Both the position numbers and the translations under genes were made by a program. Of a stretch of DNA of 64,000 bases, positions 55,020-64,000 are shown one piece after another; the stretch's first letter is position 1, and the number at the start of each line of letters is the position of its first letter. The DNA is from Octopus vulgaris (taxonomy: Eukaryota). The stretch spans positions 47,058,001 to 47,122,000 of the forward strand of contig OX597821.1 of assembly GCA_951406725.2 (NCBI GenBank), given 5' to 3'. The notes below the pieces were generated by a model. That model made no database searches. It saw only the letters and a program-made list of their open reading frames with translations, and had not been told where the DNA came from.

Positions 55020-55950
55020 ATTCTTCATCCACTCGATAAGTTTGGACGCAGCTTTAGAAATTTCTGCAGCACCAGTGCAATCATACACTGATAGACTTCT
55101 ATTCTTCCATCACTGATATTGCATATAACATTCCTCCTTCTGACTTGATGAAATTATAGCCAGTAAATATATTTAACATCTTGAATTGCGGTTAAAATAC
55201 TGCTCGTTTGTGCTCCATTGTTTCTCAATTATGCATGAAGTTTATATAAGGTATCACATCTAGTTCGTTCAAATTGAAACCTTTTCTATACGCCTGATCC
55301 AGAAAGGGAAGAGAGAGTAGTGTTCTCCAATTCGATATTAGTGACATGTCAGGGTGTTTAGATCTTATCAAAATGTCCGATCTCACGTTCAGTATGTCTA
55401 TGAAGTCCTTAGATTTAAAAAGGATATGTGTTCTTTCAGCTACACAAATCCTACACCTTCTTACCCTATTGACGTACGGTGTAGTTATGTCTAAACGGCT
55501 CCGGATATCGTGCATGAAGTATTTCTAACCTTCAGGCCCCAGAGGTGGCTACCTAGCATCGTACTTTTCCTACGTGTCGGGAAGAAGACTGGTGATTAGC
55601 GTATATACATATATACTGCACATTGTCCAATATATATTTTTTTCTTTAAGTTTCGTTACATGGCAGAACAGAAGTGACCTCGGTTTCGTATACATTTGAG
55701 CTAACCAGGTTTTGGTAGGTCAGTATCACGGTTCCTGAAGTTGCATTTGGTGTGGATAATTGGTGTGACTTACGTGTAATAATGCTTTTCATGTTTGGGC
55801 AACAGGTTTAAGAAACGATCATAGAACGGCTATTAAAGATTTTCTTATACCACTCGACAAGTTTCTGATATCCATCTAGATAACACCACCCTCCGGATTA
55901 GGCTTACAAATTTAGAAACTTTAGCTTTTTCCCCATCGGATTAACTTCAC
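55020..55950 (-). mobile_element. Decayed Penelope-like element, GIY-YIG C-terminus and 3' region
   Basis: CPNMKSII; IYIGQC; ANHQSSSRH; STMLGSHLWGLK; PYVNRVRRCRICVAERTHIL..LNVRSDIL..KH. Confidence 0.75.
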
Positions 55951-56076
55951 TGACTATTGTCATGGCGTATATAAACTACTTTCCTTCTAATTTTGAGCCT
56001 GAACGCGTGCTGGATTGTACTCGACATATCTACAAACTGTAATGTAGGAATTATAAAGTACATAATCAAAACATGA

Positions 56077-56147
<71 letters not shown>

Positions 56148-56149
<2 letters not shown>

Positions 56150-56394
56150 ACTTATAAGTAAGGGCTAAAGAAAATTATTTCAATGCCAATATGCTGATAA
56201 CAGACTATTAAATCGTCAATTTTCACATATTTACTCGCAACAGAAAAAACACGAAGAACTAAAATTCGGGCCGATTTCAGTTCTTCGTGTTTTTTCTGTT
56301 GCAAGTAAATAATATGTGGAAATTGATGATTTAATAGTCTGTTATCTGTTTATTGGCATTGAAATAATTTTCTTTAGTCCTTACTTATAAGTTG
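56148..56394. repeat. ~247-bp near-perfect hairpin with almost no loop, next to (TA)n
   Basis: CAACTTATAAGTAAGG..GCAACAGAAAAAACACGAAGAACT / AGTTCTTCGTGTTTTTTCTGTTGC..CCTTACTTATAAGTTG. Confidence 0.93.
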
Positions 56395-56485
56395 TTTATA
56401 ATTTTAACCGTAAAGGTATTTTAATATGCTGCCACATTTTTTGATGGAATTTTTTTCTGTAGAAAAAAAATTCATCCTATATTAG

Positions 56486-56549
<64 letters not shown>

Positions 56550-56563
56550 TAGGCATAGTATAT

Positions 56564-56754
56564 ATTTCTTTACTACCCACAAGGGGCTAAACACAGGGGA
56601 CAAATAAGGACAGACATTGCGCAACTGGTACTTAATTTATCGACCCCGAAAGGATGAAAGGCAAAGTCGACCTCGGTGGAATTTGAACTCGGAACGTAAC
56701 GACAGACGAAATACGGTTACGCATTTCGCCCGGCGTGCTAACGTTTTTGCCAGC
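56564..56754 (-). mobile_element. SINE family B
   Basis: CGACCCCGAAAGGATGAAAGGCAAAGTCGACCTCGG; type 1 tail. Confidence 0.87.
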
Positions 56755-56845
56755 CCAGGTCAGTAAGAACAAGTATTTTAAAGTAGTTATTATAGAAGAT
56801 TAACAAAACGTTGAGACTAGATATTTTGCACATGTTTAGATATAT

Positions 56846-57273
56846 GCGCAGGAGTGGATATGTGGTAAGAAGCTTGCTTCCCAACCACATGGTTCCAGGT
56901 TCAGTCCCACTGCGTGGCACCTTGGGCAACTGTCTTCTACTTCGGGTCGACCAAAGCCTTGTGGGTGGATTTGATAGACGGAAACTGAAAGAAGCTCGTC
57001 ATATATATGTGTGTGTGTTTGTGTGTGTATATAGTGTGTGTGTGTATATAGTGTGCGTGTGTTTCTGAGTTTGTCCACCCATCATCGCTTGACAACCGAT
57101 GTTGGTGTGATTTTGTCACCGTAAATTAGCGCTTCAGGAAAAGAGAACGATGGAATAAGTACTAGGCTTAGAAAGAATAAGTCCTGGGGTCGATTTGTTC
57201 TACTAAAGGCGGTGCTCCAGTATGACCGCAGTCAAATAACTGAAACAAATAAAAGAATAACAGAATAAAAGAA
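56846..57273 (+). mobile_element. SINE family A, full length
   Basis: GCGCAGGAGTGG head; CCTTGGGCAAC box; AAAAGAAT tail. Confidence 0.88.
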
Positions 57274-57332
57274 TATATCTAATATCTATCTTTCGTGAAT
57301 GGAATAAATATTTCGTAATAATTTTCCAAATT

Positions 57333-58420
57333 GCAGCGGCCAAAAGTTAAGTATCACTTAGAAAAAATGAACTACTAATCGAGGTATTTGTTGTTAAGAA
57401 GACTGTTAATGGACTGACATTTACTTCTTATGATCTTACATGATTGGAACATTGAACTGTCAACATGGCAGCTTGTGAGAGACAAACCGTGTCCTGTGAT
57501 GAAAAACAAAGGATTGTATGCCATCGCCAAGAAGGCAAGTCAAATTCTATGATAGCAACTAATGTAGGAAGGCCCAGAAGTGTTGCGCAACGAATTGTAG
57601 CTCGTTTTAAGTAATCAGGATCGACAGATGCTAAACTTCACGGAAACAGGATCGTTAGAATGTCACGGAAGAATAAGTTTAAGAGTGCTGCTGAGATATC
57701 CCGCGAGTTTAGCGTCACTTCCGATGACAACGTATCGCGCAAAACAGTTTCTCGGAGGTTACAAGATTCTGGGTTGCTTGCTCGGGCACTGGCAAAGAAA
57801 CCTCTCATTTCCAAGAAGAATCAAAGAGCCCATCTACGTTTCACTCATGAACATGTCGTTTAGATAGAACAGTGGTTTCAGGTTCGTTTTAGAACCAAGA
57901 TGAAGACTGGAAATTATTGTAAAACGAATGGAATAATATTGTTTTCTACTCTAGGCACAAGGCCTGAAAATTTGGGGGTGAGAGCCAGTCTATTAGATCG
58001 ACCGCAGTACGCAACTGGTACTTAATTTATCGACTTCGAAAGAATGAAAGGCAAAGTCGACCTCAGCGGAGTTTGGACTCAGAACATACAGACGAAATAC
58101 CTATTTCTTTACTACCCACAAGTGGCTAAACACAGAGGAGACAAACAAGAACAGACAGACGGATTAAGTCGATTATATTGACCCCAGTGCGTAACTGGTA
58201 CTTAATGTATCGACCCTGAAAGGATAAAAGGCAAAATCGACCTCGGCGGAATTTGAACTCAGAACGTAACGGCAGACGAAATACCGCTGAGCATTTCGCC
58301 CAGTGTGCTAACGTTTCTGCCAGCTCGCCGCCTTCGCATGGAACAATATTACTCCATCATTTCGCAAGAAATTAATTCAGTCACGTTTTGAGTCATACAA
58401 AGAAAAACAAGGAAACACAC
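57333..58420 (+). mobile_element. Internally deleted Tc1 transposon with a nested SINE
   Basis: Left end CAGCGGCCAAAAGTT; KQRIVCHRQEGKSNSMIATNVGR; VSRKTVSRRLQDSGLLARALAKKPLISKKNQRAHLRF; C-terminal WNNIT..KKLIQS after the SINE. Confidence 0.8.
57941..58334 (-). mobile_element. Dimeric SINE family B with 16-bp TSD
   Basis: Full monomer followed by a head-truncated second monomer with a different tail; TSD CGAATGGAATAATATT (57925-57940) / CGCATGGAACAATATT (58335-58350). Confidence 0.88.
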
Positions 58421-59809
58421 TAACACGGTGCATGAATAACCAAAATTGTTCCCCCAAACATATGAAAGAACATTAACGCACATTATTGCATGTTTCTAGC
58501 ACATCTACATTACGATTAATGTATATTTATAACGCATTCATATGTTAGCTCGTTTGTTGTGGATATTAGACAAAAGAAACCCATTCACCCTATAACAACA
58601 GCACCAGCTGTCAAAGCATGATATTTATAGCAGAGAAATGTTTTATTCTTTCGTATGAAGATAACTTAAAAGAGTCACGTCAAAAAAATTAAAGGTTATT
58701 GTAAATGAGTGATCTGAGGACATGACATGTAAAATGAAACAAAGAAGCAACATATATATATATATATATATCAACATGCACGCGCGCACACACACACAAA
58801 CACACACACACTGACACTTTCACACACATAAATATGTGTATGTTTATGTAAATATTAATATATAATAAAAAATATACGAATGGGTTATCTGGCACTGCTA
58901 CAATCATTTCATTAAGAACCTTTATTGTGACATAAACATAGTACAGTCAGATATGCAGTATGCGCTATATCCATATGATTATGTAATACATTACGCTTTT
59001 CTCTAAGTGACATGTTGAATAATCCATGGACTAAATAGAACAGGAGGATACACGTGGGATGGAAGAGTCGCTGAAGAGATTTCCAGTCAATGAACATAAG
59101 ATAAAACAACAACAATAATAAATGATTGAAGAACGAATATATAGTGCGTGTGTTTATTTGGCAAGAAAAAAATGACCGCCTCGAAATATTTCAACACACG
59201 ATTTCACATCTGAAATCCTGCAAACAAATTCATAAACGTGACATTTAATTCCGTTTATCCACCCTCGTGATCGACAGACTGTAATTTCATCCACTTTACA
59301 TTCCTTAAACGTAGGTAATTCCAATTCGAAATTTCACTTGTTGATGATCTATTGATTAATTAACATGTCGCTGCTCGCTTGTATATTTTGCAAGCCTGAT
59401 GAGTTGAGGAATCCGTAATGTATTACGTAATTTTATGGATATAGTGCATACTGAATATCTGACTGCACCATGTTTACGTCACCATAATGACTGTTCATTG
59501 TAGCAGTACCAGATAACACATTCGTCTGTTTTTATTATGTTTTTAACGTCACGCTTAAAGCTCCGTTCATTTTTGGTCACTTTTGGATACTATTAGAATT
59601 ACAGATTAACAAACAACAATTATCTTCCTTTCATTGATGTATTTTGTGCTGCGATAATGAACTACTTAACTGCATGATATGCATCATCCTACCCAGCCAA
59701 TTGTGGCGTACTCCAGTTTGATATATCACTTTCTTTTATAGCTCCCCTTTAACCATATATATATGTATACATACATACACATACTCACACACCACACACA
59801 GAGAAAGAA

Positions 59810-59813
59810 ATAG

Positions 59814-59871
<58 letters not shown>

Positions 59872-59872
59872 G

Positions 59873-59970
<98 letters not shown>
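59810..59970. repeat. (GATA)n microsatellite
   Basis: Direct reading. Confidence 0.95.
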
Positions 59971-60152
59971 TCCTGCCCTAATAAATTCATTTGTATATTT
60001 ACTCTTACATGTTTTTATCGAGTCATCTACTAATAGAACTAAAAAAAAAAGGAGTATCGCTTGTTCAACTTCCGTCAGAGACGAATAAAGAAGCATCACT
60101 ATTATCTCTACTTCTATAAGAACCTTGTTTGTATCTGTGTGTGTGTGTGTGT

Positions 60153-60193
<41 letters not shown>

Positions 60194-60605
60194 AGAAATA
60201 AGAATAATTTGATCTTATGCATAGAAAGAAGTGTTGATCAAAGAAAGCAGATTTAAGCAGAGTGTCCGCTAAAAATGTAATTAAAGACATGCTTAACTAA
60301 ACATGAAACCATATATGTCATAAAAACTATTAAAGATATGTCATTCGAACTATAATCACTAAATGATTCAATGAAGGACGACCATAATTATATTCAGCCA
60401 TGCATGATGCACTTTATAATGCAAGCGTGCAATGAATGAAAAATATTCCGTTATGTGTGTACTGCTAATATTTACATATCAGTCTCATGTAAATGCTGGA
60501 AATGAATATTTTATACCTGTAAACTATATTGTATTTTATATGAAGACTTAAGTACATTAATCATAGTAAATATATACATTGAAATGAGAGTGAAGAAACA
60601 TTACA

Positions 60606-60836
60606 CTTTACTCTTTTACTCTTTTACTTGTTTCAGTTATTTGACTGTGGCCATGCTGGAGCACCGCCTTTAGTCGAGCAAATCGACCCTAGGACTTATT
60701 CTTTGTATGTAAGCCTAGTACTTATTCTATCGGCCTCTTTTTGCCGAACCGCTAAGTTACGGGGACGTAAACACGCCAGCATCGGTTGTCAAGCGATGTT
60801 GGGGGGACAAACACAGACGCACAAACATATACACAC

Positions 60837-60891
<55 letters not shown>

Positions 60892-61041
60892 TACGATGGG
60901 CTTCTTTCAGTTTCCATCTACCAAATCCACTCACAAGGCTTTCGTCGGCCCGAAGCTATAGCAGAAGACACTTGCCTAAGGTGCCACGCAATGGGACTCA
61001 ACCCGGAACCATGCGGTTAGTAAGCAAGCTGCTTACCACAC
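60606..61041 (-). mobile_element. SINE family A, near full length
   Basis: Matches the family consensus, with internal (TA)n. Confidence 0.9.
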
Positions 61042-61362
61042 AAACTTTTCTATATAAGATATGTTATCATGATATTTATGTTACGTTTGTATGTAATGCG
61101 TGCTACATTGATTATTGACAAAATATACTTAATTCCTTTTTTAATGAATTTTGATAAGAAGCGATCATGGCAATATATAAAGAGCTATAGCAACTCCAAA
61201 TCCCACATATAGAATGTATGTTGAGTTGGGGCATTTATTGAATACCGGATTCGGTTTATTTCTTTTAAAATGACATCCTTTTTGATGGCATAGATTTACT
61301 AGTGTATATATATGTGTGTGTGTGTGAGTGTGAGGGAGGAGAGAGTGTGTGTGTGTGTTTCT

Positions 61363-61403
<41 letters not shown>

Positions 61404-61452
61404 GTTTAAATATTTGTTGTGCAAGATTTTTTATGTGAAGTCGTGTGTTGAA

Positions 61453-61875
61453 ACAGATATTGTTATATTTCGGAATGGTCATATTGCCAGTTTAGCCAAT
61501 AAAAACACACGCACTATATATTTGGTGTTATTTTGCTTCAGTGTTATTTATTTTTTACATTAATCTTAATCTTCTTTCGGCCAGAGTTCTTTCGTCACAC
61601 TCCTGTGACCGCATCAGTGGTCCTTTGTTTTCTTCTTTCTTATTTGTGTCTCTCTTTACTAACCGTCAGCCATTTTTTAATTCTATTGTATGTCCACAAA
61701 TAAGAAAGAAGAAAACAAAGGACCACTGATGCGGTCACAGGAGTGTGACGAAAGAACTCTGGCCGAAATAAGATTAAGATTAATGTAAAAAATAAATAAC
61801 ACTGAAGCAAAATAACACCAAATATATAGTAGCTAAACTGGCAATATGACCATTCCGAAATATAACAATATCTGT
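61453..61875. repeat. Near-perfect inverted repeat (arms ~180-195 bp, 46-bp loop), Penelope pLTR-like
   Basis: 61453-61648 vs 61695-61875 differ only by a ~16-nt indel and very few substitutions; CTGATG..GAAA motif at 61726-61768. Confidence 0.95.
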
Positions 61876-61943
<68 letters not shown>

Positions 61944-61979
61944 ACACTCAGAAACACACAAACACACAAGGATATCTCT

Positions 61980-62267
61980 TATCTGTAACTTGTTTCAGTC
62001 ATTGGACAACGGCCATACAAGGGCACCGCCTTGAATTTAGCCGAACAAGTTGACCCCAGTACTTAGGATTTTAAGCCTGGTATTATTTTATCGGTGACTT
62101 TTGCCGCTAATCTGTTGGTCGTACACAGGCAAACACCAGTTTTCAAGCGGTGGTGGAAAAAAGAAAAAAGCAAAAAAGACATAAGCAAAAAGACATACAT
62201 ATACATTTATAGACACACGCACACACGCACACATACACACATATACATACATACATACATACATACA

Positions 62268-62347
<80 letters not shown>

Positions 62348-62430
62348 TGAGTATGTGTCTGACGAGCTTTCAGGAAGTTTCTGTCTACCAAATTCACTCA
62401 CAAGCATTCGTTGCCCTGGGCTATAGTAAT
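61980..62430 (-). mobile_element. SINE family A, decayed
   Basis: ACTTGTTTCAGTCATTGG...TCTGTCTACCAAATTCACTCACAAG. Confidence 0.7.
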
Positions 62431-62533
62431 AAACAATTTTCCAAATTACCTCCAAATCGCGTGGCTACAAAGCGAACTTGCTAAATACACAGCCAACCCA
62501 AGCCTGGAAACACACACACGCGCACACACACAC

Positions 62534-62571
<38 letters not shown>

Positions 62572-63276
62572 GCATTATCTGTATTTGCGTGTACGTATGT
62601 GTGTACTCATAATTATTCACATCCACAAACAACACAAACTACTGATGCACCTAATCACAAACGTATTCGTGTGTGTGTGTGTGTTTAAGCGGATTTGTGC
62701 TGATTCAGGTGTTGCACTTACTTGTGTTGCAGAGTATTTATGTATTTACGTCTTTATTTGAGTTTGTGTTGGGGGTTTGAGAAATGAGAACCATTGACCG
62801 AGGTGGAAAGAAAGGGTGAAGACTATTCAGTAAAAGAAAGAGAGGAAAAATGACAGAAAGAGTGAGAGAGAGAGAGACAGAGAGATTGAATGTGATAGAG
62901 ACAGAGAGATTGAATGAGAGAGAGAGAGAGAATCAGAGAGAGGGGGACAGAGAGAATGAGAATATGAAGGAGATGGCTAAAGAAACTACACGAAAGCTGT
63001 TGCAGCGTTTGCTTTTCTATAATATGATTGTTTAGATGTTTGTGTTGAGAGAAATAACGAAGCCGTTGACATTACATACTGCCACTAAACACCGTAAACC
63101 GTACATTGATTATCAATAAACAACTCAACAAATATTCGGTCTCCTGTTATAAAGTTTTTACAAATGGATTTATGGGGGGAAATAGTTCATGCATACATTA
63201 AAACAGATATAATCGTTTGCATTTGTATATGTTGGTAGATATGCTGACATATGTATATATATATATATACGTACAT

Positions 63277-63441
63277 ATGTATGTTTGTATACATATATAT
63301 ATATACATGAACTGAAGGCCAGGATTATGGCAGCATTCACCAACTAAAACAAGGAAAACGACCAGAAGAGTTGCAAGAGATTCTGAATTCGTCTGCAGGC
63401 CGTGGCTGAAGCCAATGGTAATTTTATTGAATGCATGTATA

Positions 63442-63508
<67 letters not shown>

Positions 63509-63652
63509 TCAATAAAATTACCATTGGCTGCAGACGAATTCAGAATCTCTTGCAACTCTTCTGGTCGTTTTCCTTGTTTTAGTTGGTGAATGTTGCCATA
63601 ATCCTTGCCTTCAGTTCATATATATATATACATATATATGTATACAAACATA
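63277..63652. repeat. Palindrome centred on (AT)n whose arms are a Tc1/mariner transposase C-terminal fragment
   Basis: 63307-63440 vs ~63495-63619 reverse-complementary; left arm ELKARIMAAFTN*NKE..KSCKRF*IRLQAVAEANGNFIE. Confidence 0.9.
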
Positions 63653-63665
63653 TATATATATATAT

Positions 63666-63709
<44 letters not shown>

Positions 63710-63953
63710 ATATATATATTTATATTTATGTGTGTAAATAAGTGTAAACAAGGGAGACAGAGAAAGGCAGAAACAACACTATACAAATATTCTTTTAAAA
63801 AAACTTTTCTTTTAATTTTTCTAAATTTAATTATTTAATTGTTACAGTTGAAAAGGTCTCAAATGACTGAAACCGGTACTGAAATGTTCAAAATAAAATT
63901 ATTTTAGCATTTTCTTTCTTAACTTTTTTTTTCATATATATATGTGTGTGTGC

Positions 63954-63988
<35 letters not shown>

Positions 63989-64000
63989 TCAATATAGGGT

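Overview
AT-rich, microsatellite-saturated animal genomic DNA. It is most likely octopus/cephalopod, an inference from the recurring tRNA-derived SINE families and the repeat landscape. No host protein-coding gene can be supported, and almost all ORF-track entries are (TA)n/(CA)n/(TACA)n/(GATA)n artefacts. The window is a mosaic of decayed mobile DNA: two abundant SINE families; non-LTR retrotransposon fragments (R4/Dong-like RLE, RTE, L2/CR1-like, L1/Tx1-like); several Penelope-like elements (RT, GIY-YIG, pLTRs with hammerhead-like motifs); Tc1/mariner transposons and MITEs; a non-autonomous Helitron; and a tyrosine-recombinase remnant. The most notable signals are an RLE retrotransposon apparently targeted to (TACA)n, five long fold-back hairpins in or beside microsatellites (some with hammerhead-like cores), an intron-bearing DD34E Tc1 whose TIR contains the end of its own ORF, an RTE with twin-priming geometry, a Penelope-like element with its 3' half inverted, and a CpG-rich 200-bp insert with a 21-bp duplication. 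All translations and alignments were done by eye, so coordinates of decayed elements are approximate.
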